The notes: generated by a model from the sequence alone, not told the origin. Positions 39,604-49,705 are shown, counted from the first letter of the stretch. The stretch: DNA of 64,000 nt from an uncultured Candidatus Saccharibacteria bacterium (GCA_965230955.1 OZ246404.1:582410-646409); one strand, 5' to 3'. A program made the numbers and translations.

Positions 39604-39948
39604 TTAATCCCCGGAAGATCTGATCGCCGCTTCCAACAAACCTTCAGTCAACTCATAAACATCAAGCACCAGCGCCAGAACAGGTTCTGAAAGATCCTCC
39701 CAAACCTCAATCCGATCACCGGTCTGCCACCTGACGATGTGCTTTGATTCTTTCACGGGCATCATCAAGTCCATACGCACCCATTCAACGGCATCTTCCT
39801 GGGAAGGAAATCGGAGCTTGATCGCCAAGGGCTCAAGCAGATACCCGCCCAGCCCCTGTTCGTCTTCACGAGAAAATACCACCGTCTTTTTTTCTGGCAC
39901 CCATAGAGCCATCCCGTCAACACCGATAAAGTGCTTTATAATGAACAC
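39604..39948 (-). CDS. Hypothetical protein (orphan cassette)
   Basis: SD AGAGGAGG before GTG; downstream hairpin. Confidence 0.65.
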   Translation of the reverse strand: MFIIKHFIGVDGMALWVPEKKTVVFSREDEQGLGGYLLEPLAIKLRFPSQEDAVEWVRMDLMMPVKESKHIVRWQTGDRIEVWEDLSEPVLALVLDVYELTEGLLEAAIRSSGD

Positions 39949-40114
39949 AAAACCTCCTCTCTGGCTTGAAGTTGAGCCGCAATATCACCGTCTGATGGTG
40001 ACAGTATAATTGTAATTCAAAAAAAATCAAGGGGCGGAAGAGAAAAATCAGGTTCGAATAATAAATAAGAAAAAACTGCCCGGCGAAAGTATCGCGAGGC
40101 AGCAGCTGGAAAAA

Positions 40115-40453
40115 CTAGGGATTGTAATGTCCCGGCCGACGCGCCCATTCGGCTCGAAGCGCGTCAAAGCTTTTCGGAATTTTTTGGGCATGAAGCAGTG
40201 AGCACAAGTCGGGATAGCCCAGACAACGCACCCAATCAAGATTCACGCCGAGAAATCGACATGTATCGCCTCGGTGCGGACACCCCCGTTTCTGACACTT
40301 CACTTCGTCCCATTGCCGGCAAGATTGATCAATGGCGCGCTGCTCAGACAAAGAAATTTCTTGCCCGAAATAAACTTTCCGCAACACGCTCTCGATCGTG
40401 TCGAACAAATGATTGACCGGCGATTCGCAAGTACTGAACATACCTCCTGACAT
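40115..40453 (-). CDS. Hypothetical Cys-rich protein (orphan cassette)
   Basis: SD GAAGGAGG before ATG; several cysteines. Confidence 0.55.
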   Translation of the reverse strand: MSGGMFSTCESPVNHLFDTIESVLRKVYFGQEISLSEQRAIDQSCRQWDEVKCQKRGCPHRGDTCRFLGVNLDWVRCLGYPDLCSLLHAQKIPKSFDALRAEWARRPGHYNP

Positions 40454-40508
40454 AATCGACACCTCCTTCTGCTTTTCTATCGGTTAGTATCCAAATATTG
40501 CTAAAGAC

Positions 40509-41861
40509 TTATTTAGTCGTCAAATCCTCCGCCGGCGTTCCGTCTACCGGGATTTCTTCCGGTAGCGGGAAAACCTCTTGTTCCGGGAAATAATAATGCA
40601 GCTGCTTGTAATTTTCCCGTTCCAAAAAATGGATCGCCCCCGGCGCGGTCTCGCCCAGGCGCTTAAGCTTATCCGCCATCAAGCCGTCGCGCTTGGCCAG
40701 ATCAGTCGCAGTGAAAAATTCATGGCCGCTCAAGAAACCGCTGGCGTTATAAATCATCAAGGCGACAGTCAAAGCCGAGAGAAAAACATAGCCGGCCACT
40801 CGACCGATCTTGGGCCAAACCACCCTCATTTCATCAGAAAACCAGATCAGCCCCCAGGCCAGAACCAGGATCAGCGCCGGTATAAATGAGAGCAGGTACC
40901 CCCGCTCGCCGATATGGATAAAAATATAAAATAGAATCGGCGGGATCGCCCACAGTCCCAGAGTTGCCAGGCGCGGATCGTTTTTTATTTTCCGAGGCGA
41001 GATCAAGTAACCGGCAAAGAAAATCACGAGCGATGTGCCTTTCAGCGAATCGGTTAAAAATTGCATGAATAAATTATAATTAGCGCGGAGCCCTCCCGCT
41101 CCCTGCTCGGCCACCGAGAAACTGCCGACATAGCCGACCTGGGAAAACATCGCCTGGAAAAAGCTGCCGAATCCGCCGGTCCAGAAAATTGTCCCCAATA
41201 GCCAAGCGGAACAGACAGCGATCACGATTCCCCAGGCTTTCCAAAAATACGGCCGGCCGAATTTGAGCGTGACATATAGCCAAAACGGGATCAGAAAGAG
41301 CAAAACATCTTGACGGAAGCCGCCGACAAAAGCGAGAGTAAAACTACCCCAATAAAGATATTTTATATTATTTGGATTCTTGATGAATTTGTAGCCGATC
41401 AGAACGACCACCATCATCAAAAAACACAACAGAGTATAGCTCATGGCGATTTCCGAATTGGCCCAGAAAACCTTACCAAAAATCAGAATCAGCGCCGCGA
41501 TCAAACCGACACGGCGATTAACCATTTCTTTGCCCAGTAAATACAAAACCACTACCGCCCCGGCTGACGCGATAATACTGATCCAAACCAAGGAGGCATT
41601 AACGTCACTGGTGAGCCAGGTCAGTATTTTAGCCGTCAACACATAAAGCACATATCCGGGCGGATGCGGCTCATGCGCCAGCATATCGAAATTCTGCGTC
41701 CCCAGCGCTACCGTACCCGAATCCCAGGCAAACAGATAGTGCGTCATATACGGCAGGCGAGAAACGATCGTAACCACCGCCAAAACCGCGGCAATCAAAA
41801 AATCAACCCCGGGCAGGGATTGCCAGATAGATGGCTTTGTGGTCTTAAATATTCCTGACAT
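40509..41861 (-). CDS. GT-C-like multi-TM protein (DUF2723/PMT-like)
   Basis: AWDSG...HEPHPPGYVLY, about 11 TM segments. Confidence 0.82.
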   Translation of the reverse strand: MSGIFKTTKPSIWQSLPGVDFLIAAVLAVVTIVSRLPYMTHYLFAWDSGTVALGTQNFDMLAHEPHPPGYVLYVLTAKILTWLTSDVNASLVWISIIASAGAVVVLYLLGKEMVNRRVGLIAALILIFGKVFWANSEIAMSYTLLCFLMMVVVLIGYKFIKNPNNIKYLYWGSFTLAFVGGFRQDVLLFLIPFWLYVTLKFGRPYFWKAWGIVIAVCSAWLLGTIFWTGGFGSFFQAMFSQVGYVGSFSVAEQGAGGLRANYNLFMQFLTDSLKGTSLVIFFAGYLISPRKIKNDPRLATLGLWAIPPILFYIFIHIGERGYLLSFIPALILVLAWGLIWFSDEMRVVWPKIGRVAGYVFLSALTVALMIYNASGFLSGHEFFTATDLAKRDGLMADKLKRLGETAPGAIHFLERENYKQLHYYFPEQEVFPLPEEIPVDGTPAEDLTTK

Positions 41862-41969
41862 ATTATTAGAAAAGTTTACTGAATTTAGTCAACTTTGTAA
41901 ATGAATAATCCGGCAACAATTTAAAATAAAAAAGGGCTCACGACATTCCATGAGCCCGAAACCATTCTC

Positions 41970-42437
41970 TTAAGCAACCGGCGCATTCTCCGAATCCGGA
42001 GATTGAGATTGCTTCTTCGTGTCAAAGTACGACGCACACGAAGAACATTCTTTCAATGCAATATGATACATTGCATCTTCCAACGCAGCGGCGGAGTCGA
42101 CAAATGAAGGACGGTGCATACCATCTTCCAGCTTTGGGGAACAGCCAACAAATCTTTGATCTGTTTCCGGAGCATTCGACCGATAATTCCAGTAGGCAAA
42201 AAATTGATCGATCTTCATCATGGCTTCCTTGCAACTTCCAGATTTGCTCGAGAATAACGTCATATGCAATACCAGAAAAAGACCAGTGATTAGACTTCCG
42301 TAAATGAACAAGGGATATATGACTGAAATTACCGTTGGCAAATCCGAACCATCTTTGGCACTGCCGTACATAGTAAGCAAACCGAGCCAAAGAAATACAA
42401 TTGCCACTGACTGCCACAAACTAAATCGATGCTTCAT
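41970..42437 (-). CDS. Hypothetical membrane protein (orphan cassette)
   Basis: SD AGGAGG; TTGACA promoter upstream; terminator downstream. Confidence 0.65.
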   Translation of the reverse strand: MKHRFSLWQSVAIVFLWLGLLTMYGSAKDGSDLPTVISVIYPLFIYGSLITGLFLVLHMTLFSSKSGSCKEAMMKIDQFFAYWNYRSNAPETDQRFVGCSPKLEDGMHRPSFVDSAAALEDAMYHIALKECSSCASYFDTKKQSQSPDSENAPVA

Positions 42438-42634
42438 CGAAACCTCCTATATCTGAGACGATGTCTCGGCGCGAGATGATGTTCTATCTATACTACAATA
42501 AACAAAGTTTGTCAATGACCGATGATAATGTGTACGATAGATTGCCATATAATAAACTACTACCACCAGATTACTGCAAACAAAAAAGCCCGTGGTTCTC
42601 AATGAGTCCACTGACGGCTTATGAAGCTAAAGAA

Positions 42635-42934
42635 TTATACCAAGCCTGATTCCTTAGCGAATTCGGCAAATGCCGGATCGGTAACCGGAATGAGATCTCC
42701 TACCTGGACAAAAAAAATGATTCGAGGATTAGTGTCTGCCGTGGCCGATTCCAGTTCGCTCTCCGAACACGCGATAACAGCGGACTTAGGATGACCTTTG
42801 CCGATCAGAATGACCGGCAAAAAACCTTCGGGCACACACGACCACGGAAATCCTGAATTTGATGGCGCTATTAGGCCCACTCGATACAGAAAGACTTCAT
42901 TGTTTTCATTCTTTGGGTTTACAAAATACCCCAT
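42635..42934 (-). CDS. Hypothetical protein (orphan cassette)
   Basis: SD GAGGAGG before ATG 42934 (MGYFVNP). Confidence 0.65.
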   Translation of the reverse strand: MGYFVNPKNENNEVFLYRVGLIAPSNSGFPWSCVPEGFLPVILIGKGHPKSAVIACSESELESATADTNPRIIFFVQVGDLIPVTDPAFAEFAKESGLV

Positions 42935-43030
42935 TTTGACCTCCTCTTGAGTTGTCGGCGACAAAAAACATCACCGATTTACCAGTGATGCTATCACAAA
43001 TATAGTTTTTGTCAACTGATAAACAAATGC

Positions 43031-43927
43031 TCAATTCCCCACCAGCTCCGCCGGGAAAAAGCGGTCAAACGCCAGCCAGGAAGCGACGTCAAAATGTTTT
43101 AGGGCATAGGCGAAAACAGGGACGACACAGCCGCAAGTATTGCACTTAACACCAGCGCCAATCGTGCAGGGCTTTTTTATATTCAGATTGGCATCAAAAG
43201 CAATGAAACTTCGGCCCGTGAAATAGCAATTTTTATGATATTTCTTCTCGCGCCAAGATTTGATCATATAAGGAGTGATCAAAACGATATCTTTGTTTTG
43301 GCGGTAAAGTTCCAGGAGCTTATTTATCGTCCAATCCAATTTTTCTGCCTGTAGCAGCAGAGGATCTTCCTCGCCTCGATGCGAAGTATAGGTGCTGAAA
43401 GTGATTCCGGCCACACCGCTCTCTCGAGCAATACGAACCAAATCCTCGACATAACGATAATTATTCGTCGTCAAGGTTGGGGCAAGTATCACCCGCTTAT
43501 CGTTTTTGACATTGGCCATTACTTTCCGGAAAACATCCGCTCCCCTTATCTTGTTATGGACCGCTTCCGGCCCGTCGATACTGACCGCAATCCGCCGCCT
43601 GATTTTTGGATCCACTTTTATGACTCCGTTTGATACCAGCATCATCGATGGAAATATTTTGTCCGCCGCCTCGATTAAACGCGGGCGCAACGTCGGTTCC
43701 CCGCCGGTGAGATAAGCGGTATTCGCACCTTTCGCCCGGTGGTCTTTAAATACCTGTATCCAAGTCTCGTCCGACAATTCTTTGGAAGAATTGTAAGTTT
43801 TTTTCCAATAACAATGCTCGCACTCGAGATTACAGCGCGAGGTGATATCGTAATTGACAACGCGGGGAAAATCTTGTTTTTTCAGCGCTGCCGATGCAAA
43901 TTGGGCAAAACGAGTTAATTTCGACAT
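43031..43927 (-). CDS. Radical SAM protein
   Basis: CNLECEHC, LTGGEP, VSIDG, C-terminal Cys cluster. Confidence 0.9.
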   Translation of the reverse strand: MSKLTRFAQFASAALKKQDFPRVVNYDITSRCNLECEHCYWKKTYNSSKELSDETWIQVFKDHRAKGANTAYLTGGEPTLRPRLIEAADKIFPSMMLVSNGVIKVDPKIRRRIAVSIDGPEAVHNKIRGADVFRKVMANVKNDKRVILAPTLTTNNYRYVEDLVRIARESGVAGITFSTYTSHRGEEDPLLLQAEKLDWTINKLLELYRQNKDIVLITPYMIKSWREKKYHKNCYFTGRSFIAFDANLNIKKPCTIGAGVKCNTCGCVVPVFAYALKHFDVASWLAFDRFFPAELVGN

Positions 43928-44022
43928 AGTTTTAGAGGACCCGTCTATTATACACGGGGAGGCATAAAAAGACAGGTAAATAGAAGAGTGGTCGTTAATT
44001 CCCCGCTGATTTGGATGAAAAA

Positions 44023-44679
44023 TTAAAAGAAAAATTTCACGCCACGGAAGAGTAACAACACGGCAAACCCGATGAATATAATGGAAACGATATACTTGCC
44101 GCACTTTACCATAAACCGATTAACTTTGTTCAAGAGAAGAGTGGCAGTATGAGGGAAAATCAGCGTCAGTAGAAGCGGGAGTAACACCGGCGCGGTGAAG
44201 CAAATCATACTGAAAGCTATCAAAAAAATATTGCCCCCACCCGAAAGATTGGCGACACTGATCTCTTTGGCACCGGCAAAAATTAGAAATAGAGCGTCAA
44301 TATTGAGAATATTAAGAACAAAACCCAGCATCAAACTGCGCCAGACAAGGTGAGATGTCTGAGATTGATCCCCCTTAGCTCTTTCGCCCTTGGAGCGCAG
44401 GGCTTTGATGGCGAAGAAGACAAACAGCATTCCCAGTGCCAAATCAATAATGGCCGAGACGACAGAGGGACCGCTCTCAGGGACGGTCACTTGCCCGACA
44501 AAAAATCCGGCAATCGCCACCGGGATTCCCAGTACCAGCATCCCCAACATAAAAGCCAGGGTCCGTAATTTCGGGCGCAGTGACGAACTCAGATAAAAAA
44601 TCGCCAGCACCAAAAACATTGGACTGGCAAAAAGCAAGGCGACATCAAGCGGGATAATTTTGGCGAGAAATTCGTACAT
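44023..44679 (-). CDS. GAP/Sap-family (LysE-superfamily) membrane protein
   Basis: Six TM segments, ASP motif near the N-terminus. Confidence 0.65.
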   Translation of the reverse strand: MYEFLAKIIPLDVALLFASPMFLVLAIFYLSSSLRPKLRTLAFMLGMLVLGIPVAIAGFFVGQVTVPESGPSVVSAIIDLALGMLFVFFAIKALRSKGERAKGDQSQTSHLVWRSLMLGFVLNILNIDALFLIFAGAKEISVANLSGGGNIFLIAFSMICFTAPVLLPLLLTLIFPHTATLLLNKVNRFMVKCGKYIVSIIFIGFAVLLLFRGVKFFF

Positions 44680-44888
44680 AAATTAACTAAGACGGGATTT
44701 AGGTCCCCTATATACGGGTACTGGCTCCAGTATAACTCTTTTCCGGACATCTTTCCAGAAACACTTTGATACGTCTTGGGCAGAATACGCCAAGACGGTC
44801 GGCGGCTTATTTCCGTATTTTAACTTGATAACATCCTACGCGGTCATATGGCATCAGACAGTTTCAACTGCAATCTTCATCAAAAAAA

Positions 44889-44914
44889 GCCCGGCAGTGA
44901 AAACACTGTCGGGC
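44889..44914 (-). terminator. Terminator after argS
   Basis: GCCCGGCAGTG-AAAA-CACTGTCGGGC followed by a T-tract on the minus strand. Confidence 0.75.
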
Positions 44915-44927
44915 AAAAATTTGAACA

Positions 44928-46736
44928 TCACATTTTATCCGGAACGGGAATCGAAAGCAATTTTAGTGCGTTGGTCATGGTGATCAGAGTCGCTTTCAGT
45001 AGACCAACTCTGGCCGCTTGCAAAGCCGGCTCTGATCGAACCACCGAATGTTTGTGGTAAAAGGTGTTGACCAGCTTTGACAACCCGAGAACATAACGAG
45101 GAATCAGCGCGGTATCATAATGAGTAGCTGCTGTGATCACCGTATGGGGGAAATCCGCGATTGTCCGTAGAAGCGCTTTTTCTTCGCCCGAATCCAACTT
45201 TCCGTAATCCAAGACAGGATTAGAATCCTCGGTTGTGATTTTAGCTAGGATGCTTCCGATCCTGGTCACCGTATACTGAATATATGGCCCGGTATCACCT
45301 TGAAGATTGAGCGACTTGGCGGGATCAAACGTCATTCCGATTCGCGGAGTCACCAAGAGGATATAGAAATTGATTGCGCCAATAGCTACTTGATGCGCAA
45401 TCTGTTTTGCTTCCGCTTCTGGCAGGGACTCCTCTCTCTGACCGATCTTTTCCAGCACCATCTGCTCGATATCCTTCAGTAAGTCATCAGCGTCCACCAC
45501 CTTTCCTTCACGAGATTTCATCCGACCTTCCGGCAGTGATACCATCCCATAGGAAAAGTGATATAAGCCTTTGGCCCAGGGATAACCAAGCATTTCCATG
45601 ATTTTGAAAAGGCACTGGAAATGATGATTCTGCTCTTCCGCCACCACGTAAATCGATCGCGCCAGAGAAAATTCTTCCTGCTTAAGTACCGCGGTTCCGA
45701 TATCCTGGGTCGTGTAGAGAGCCGTACCATCGGCGCGCAACAAAGCCTTTTTGCCCAGATCTTTAAGATCAACCTGGACCGAGCCATCAGTGTCGTGAGT
45801 GAATATTCCGCGTTCGATTCCTTTGGCAACAATATCGCGTCCAAGACCGGAGGTCTTGGATTCATAGTACCATTTGTCAAACCCGACGCCATAAGCGAGG
45901 TAAGTTTCCCGAAAACCCGAAAGTACCCATTCGTTCATTTGCTGCCACAATTCCCGGACTGCTGGAACTCCTGCTTCCCATTGTCGCAACATCGTTCGCG
46001 CGGCAGTGCCGAATTCCGAATCAGGCAAGTTGAAAAATTTTTCTTTCTCTTTGCCCTCGGGAGGCTGTTTGGGATCAAACCCTTGTTGCTTGGCCCAGGA
46101 AATGTATTCCGCGTGAAAGTGTTTTTCGAACATGACGTAGTAATTGCCCACAAAATGATCACCTTTTTGGTTCTCACTTTGCGGAGTTTTACCGTCACCG
46201 AATTTCTGGTACGCTACCATGGACTTGCAGATATGGATACCGCGGTCGTTTACCAGGATCGCCGCCACGACATCAAACCCGGCGGCTCGCAGTAATTGGA
46301 TAAGAGACCAGCCCAAGGTGTTATTGCGGACGTGACCGAGATGCAGAGGCTTGTTGGTGTTCGGGGAGGAATATTCAACCATGACTCTCTCGCTCGTCTT
46401 TGATGCCTGCCCGTAGGCCGGGCCTTCTGACATGACCTGTTCGATCACCAGTTTGGCAAAAAAAGCCGAGTCCAAGGTAACATTGACGAAGGGGCCTGCA
46501 GCTTCCGCTGTGCCGACATAATCTTTGGCCGCTAGAAAACTAGCCAACGCTGTCGCTAATGACTTAGAATCGCGCTTGACCGGTTTGGCAAAACGGAAAC
46601 ACGGAATGGAAATATCGGCCGCGACGTGAGCGGGAGGTGCCTGTATTTCGACTGGCACATCAGCAGGAAGTTTTAGGGCATCATGGACATCAGCTCGAAC
46701 TTGATCGCGCAGTTTTTGGACGGTTGTTGTTTTCAT
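44928..46736 (-). CDS. argS: Arginine--tRNA ligase
   Basis: EYSSPNTNKPLHLGH, RMKSREG, GDTGPYIQY, C-terminal PDKM. Confidence 0.97.
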   Translation of the reverse strand: MKTTTVQKLRDQVRADVHDALKLPADVPVEIQAPPAHVAADISIPCFRFAKPVKRDSKSLATALASFLAAKDYVGTAEAAGPFVNVTLDSAFFAKLVIEQVMSEGPAYGQASKTSERVMVEYSSPNTNKPLHLGHVRNNTLGWSLIQLLRAAGFDVVAAILVNDRGIHICKSMVAYQKFGDGKTPQSENQKGDHFVGNYYVMFEKHFHAEYISWAKQQGFDPKQPPEGKEKEKFFNLPDSEFGTAARTMLRQWEAGVPAVRELWQQMNEWVLSGFRETYLAYGVGFDKWYYESKTSGLGRDIVAKGIERGIFTHDTDGSVQVDLKDLGKKALLRADGTALYTTQDIGTAVLKQEEFSLARSIYVVAEEQNHHFQCLFKIMEMLGYPWAKGLYHFSYGMVSLPEGRMKSREGKVVDADDLLKDIEQMVLEKIGQREESLPEAEAKQIAHQVAIGAINFYILLVTPRIGMTFDPAKSLNLQGDTGPYIQYTVTRIGSILAKITTEDSNPVLDYGKLDSGEEKALLRTIADFPHTVITAATHYDTALIPRYVLGLSKLVNTFYHKHSVVRSEPALQAARVGLLKATLITMTNALKLLSIPVPDKM

Positions 46737-48001
46737 GGATTCTTCCCTTCAATAGAATTTCGCTGCCAAGGTTGGGTCATGCAGTGAAAACCGCCATGTC
46801 CCAGTAACAACTGGGGACACGGAACGGCCACCACATAGCGCTGTTTATCCCGGATTTCAAATGTCGGATCGATAAACCGATCCGCCTGGACAAACTCATA
46901 ACCTACCCGACAAAGCTCTTCTATCGTAGCATAATTGCAGTCTGGAATCAAGGTGAGCCCGGGTCGCAAAGTGAAAAGATTTGAACCTTCCCACCGCTGC
47001 TCGCGGTCTTGGATGAGACGATCATGGCCGCCACAGGATATCAGATTGTTGACAGGAACTTTGTAATGGTCGAACGCGGTCAGGAGACTGGGAAATTCCC
47101 CGATCTTCACCGATCCATTTTCTGACAAGGTCAACGCCAGCACCTTGACACCCACTTGCCCATTAGACGGCTCAATCAGCGGTTTGTAAACCACGAAGTC
47201 CCCATCATTGATCTGGGAGTAAATCGTATCGAGGTGCATACACATGCGATCGCGTGGCATGCTGACCGCCAGAATGTTTCTGATACCGAGGTCAAATAAG
47301 GAAGTGCGACACAAGGAGAGGATTGTTTCGAGTTTGGTCCGCTCGCTAACCCCGACCATCAACAGATCTTCACGCAGGGGGAAAACGTCTCCCCCTTCCA
47401 TGTTGTAAGGTTCCTGCGGCAGAATCAAATGATCCTTTGAAAGCGAATAAACGGGATGATATTGTAATATCGCTTTCATGACAATCGCTTCGCGCATTCG
47501 AGGCACTTTGGCGAAAAGAGACAAGAAAATCTTATCCCCTACTACCGCCGCCATGTCACGTGTAAACATGGAATTTGGAATAGGATTAGCGATGACCCGG
47601 CCATCCAGTTTGCCTGAGAAAACACAATTGACGAAGTCGGTAGTCGAAAGAGCTTCGGGATCACCCATCTCTTGGTGAATTCCGATATCGAGAGCCAAGA
47701 TCTTTTTGAGATGCGAACAAGCATCAATCGTTTCCCCAAAAAGTGCCTCTAAAAACAGAACTCCAGAGGGACCGGTCACTTTTTGCATGCAGGCGACCAA
47801 AACACCGAATTCTGATCTTGCCCGAGGGACATCGAGAATGTCGTCAAACAACAGCTGCTGAGCTTGTTCTGGTGAGACTGCTTCCAAGGCAGTCTCAGGA
47901 AAATTGACGACGACCTGGCGCAATAGCCCGTTCTCATTTCGTACACACAAATTTGACACACCAGCACCACATTGACGGTTGCTTTCGCTTATTTCCTGCA
48001 T
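46733..48001 (-). CDS. Arginine deiminase-family (pentein) enzyme with an atypical C-terminal motif
   Basis: PNSMFTRD, EGGD, SERT, MHLDT, GHGGFHCMTQP; overlaps the argS start. Confidence 0.85.
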   Translation of the reverse strand: MQEISESNRQCGAGVSNLCVRNENGLLRQVVVNFPETALEAVSPEQAQQLLFDDILDVPRARSEFGVLVACMQKVTGPSGVLFLEALFGETIDACSHLKKILALDIGIHQEMGDPEALSTTDFVNCVFSGKLDGRVIANPIPNSMFTRDMAAVVGDKIFLSLFAKVPRMREAIVMKAILQYHPVYSLSKDHLILPQEPYNMEGGDVFPLREDLLMVGVSERTKLETILSLCRTSLFDLGIRNILAVSMPRDRMCMHLDTIYSQINDGDFVVYKPLIEPSNGQVGVKVLALTLSENGSVKIGEFPSLLTAFDHYKVPVNNLISCGGHDRLIQDREQRWEGSNLFTLRPGLTLIPDCNYATIEELCRVGYEFVQADRFIDPTFEIRDKQRYVVAVPCPQLLLGHGGFHCMTQPWQRNSIEGKNP

Positions 48002-48120
48002 AAATACCTCCTATGGTTGCAGGGTTAATGTAAAGTTCCTACCACCCTACCAACTTTCTAAAAGGTTGTCAATCGAGGCAAACTGTGGTATTTTAAAGAA
48101 TACAATTCACTTGAAAACAT

Positions 48121-49218
48121 ATGCCAAAAATAAACCCGACCAAGGTCGCCTCAAAAATATATCGCGAAGTATTAGCCATACAAAGGAACGAAAGAGTCCT
48201 CATTGTCGCAGATTTTCGTCCCGCAAATTACCAAGTCGCAACTATTTTAGGAAAAACGATTTCCTCCCAGGGTAATCACTTTAATATTGTTTTTCAAAAA
48301 CCTCGAGCCAAAGGACAGCCCATGGACATGACTGTGTACTCCGCTCTATTACAAAAACCAAACGTCCTAATTTCCCTCGGCCGGATTGGCAATGATCCTT
48401 TTATGGGCAAGAAAGTATATCGACATAACGGACGCACCTTTGAAAATTATTTTTACTATTTAATTGATGGGGGCATTTCCCGCGGAGCCTATGGTTTTAC
48501 CGACACCGCTGAGGAATACTGGAATTTGATTGACCTTGATTATAGCAAAATGCATCGACTGGCCAATATTTTAAAAAAGCATTTAGATAAAGCTGAAGCC
48601 GTCATAATAAAAGATCCGCCCACCGGGACTGAATGTCATTTTGAAATTCGCCGTCATCGCGCCTGGCTAGATGATGCTTTTTATCATCAGCCGGGACACT
48701 CCGGCAACCTGCCGGCCGGAGAAGTTTTCATCACTCCCGATCGGCATACCGGAGAAGGAACTATCTTTGTGCGGGGCAGCGGCCAGCTAATAAAACTTAC
48801 TCGTCGGCTGGCAACCCCCATGAAACTACGCGTGAAAAATAATCTAGCCGTAGATTTCGTTGGTCCAACCGCCCATCAGTTAGAACGAGATCTCGCCGGG
48901 ATAGCCAATGATATGGTAAAGAAAACACGTACCGGGAAACTTTCGAAACAAAAAATGTCTGAATACCAGCACAATATTTACCATGTGGGCGAAATCGGTT
49001 TTGGTCTGAATCCCAAAGCCAGGATTGGCGGCAAAAATATGCTAATTGACGAAAAGACGTATGGCACGGTACACATTGCTCTCGGAGACGACTACGATGG
49101 AGATTCTCCGGCCCCGATTCATTTGGATCAGATGATCGGCTATCCGGAAGTATATCTGATAACCAACGGTAAAAGGCAGCTGATTTTGCGCAACAAGGAA
49201 TATTTATTCGACCTTTAA
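48121..49218 (+). CDS. M29-like (aminopeptidase T-type) metallopeptidase
   Basis: NLPAGEVF, GEIGFGLNP, DEKTYGTVHIALG, HLD. Confidence 0.85.
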   Translation: MPKINPTKVASKIYREVLAIQRNERVLIVADFRPANYQVATILGKTISSQGNHFNIVFQKPRAKGQPMDMTVYSALLQKPNVLISLGRIGNDPFMGKKVYRHNGRTFENYFYYLIDGGISRGAYGFTDTAEEYWNLIDLDYSKMHRLANILKKHLDKAEAVIIKDPPTGTECHFEIRRHRAWLDDAFYHQPGHSGNLPAGEVFITPDRHTGEGTIFVRGSGQLIKLTRRLATPMKLRVKNNLAVDFVGPTAHQLERDLAGIANDMVKKTRTGKLSKQKMSEYQHNIYHVGEIGFGLNPKARIGGKNMLIDEKTYGTVHIALGDDYDGDSPAPIHLDQMIGYPEVYLITNGKRQLILRNKEYLFDL

Positions 49219-49251
49219 ATTGGCGAGGATAATTTTTTCCGCCACTAGTCC

Positions 49252-49280
49252 TTGACACCGCAGTCAAGAATTGATAGAGT
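49252..49280 (+). promoter_or_regulatory. sigma70 promoter of the tRNA-Arg array
   Basis: TTGACA-17 nt-TAGAGT, 19 nt before the first tRNA. Confidence 0.75.
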
Positions 49281-49299
49281 GCTCGGATCTTGTTTCTTC

Positions 49300-49373
49300 G
49301 CGCCTATAGCTCAATTGGATAGAGCACCGGACTACGAATCCGTCGGTCAGGGGTTCGAATCCCCTTAGGCGCA
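49300..49373 (+). tRNA. tRNA-Arg(ACG)
   Basis: Cloverleaf GCGCCTA/TAGGCGC; anticodon loop CT ACG AA; A20; no encoded CCA. Confidence 0.95.
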
Positions 49374-49379
49374 TGAAGA

Positions 49380-49453
49380 GCGGCTATAGCTCAATTGGAT
49401 AGAGCGCTGGACTTCGAATCCAGAGGTCGGGAGTTCGATCCTCCCTAGCCGCA
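49380..49453 (+). tRNA. tRNA-Arg(TCG)
   Basis: GCGGCTA/TAGCCGC; CTGGA CT TCG AA TCCAG. Confidence 0.95.
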
Positions 49454-49461
49454 AACGGAGC

Positions 49462-49535
49462 GCACCTGTAGCTCAGTTGGATAGAGCAGTGGACTTCTAA
49501 TCCACCGGTCGCGGGTTCGAGCCCCGCCAGGTGCA
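49462..49535 (+). tRNA. tRNA-Arg(TCT)
   Basis: GCACCTG/CAGGTGC; GTGGA CT TCT AA TCCAC. Confidence 0.95.
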
Positions 49536-49544
49536 TGCTACAAC

Positions 49545-49618
49545 GCGGCAGTAGCTCAGTTGGATAGAGTATCAGACTCCGAATCTGAAGGCCGGGGGTT
49601 CAAATCCCCTCTGCCGCA
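49545..49618 (+). tRNA. tRNA-Arg(CCG)
   Basis: GCGGCAG/CTGCCGC; TCAGA CT CCG AA TCTGA. Confidence 0.95.
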
Positions 49619-49623
49619 TTATC

Positions 49624-49697
49624 GGGCCAGTAGCTCAGATGGATAGAGCACGGGACTCCTAATCCTGAGGCCACGGGTTCGAATCCCGTCTGGCTCA
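49624..49697 (+). tRNA. tRNA-Arg(CCT)
   Basis: GGGCCAG/CTGGCTC; CGGGA CT CCT AA TCCTG. Confidence 0.95.
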
Positions 49698-49705
49698 TGC
49701 CTTAA

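Noticed and set aside
44683-44847. Short minus-strand frame with TAG at codon 4 (possible readthrough or recoding)
   Set aside because: TAG is a normal stop elsewhere in the window; more likely a small gene remnant with no identifiable family
48090-48115. ARG box in the divergent ADI/aminopeptidase promoter
   Set aside because: GAAT-ACA-ATTC has the wrong spacing for the ArgR consensus, and no argR is in the window
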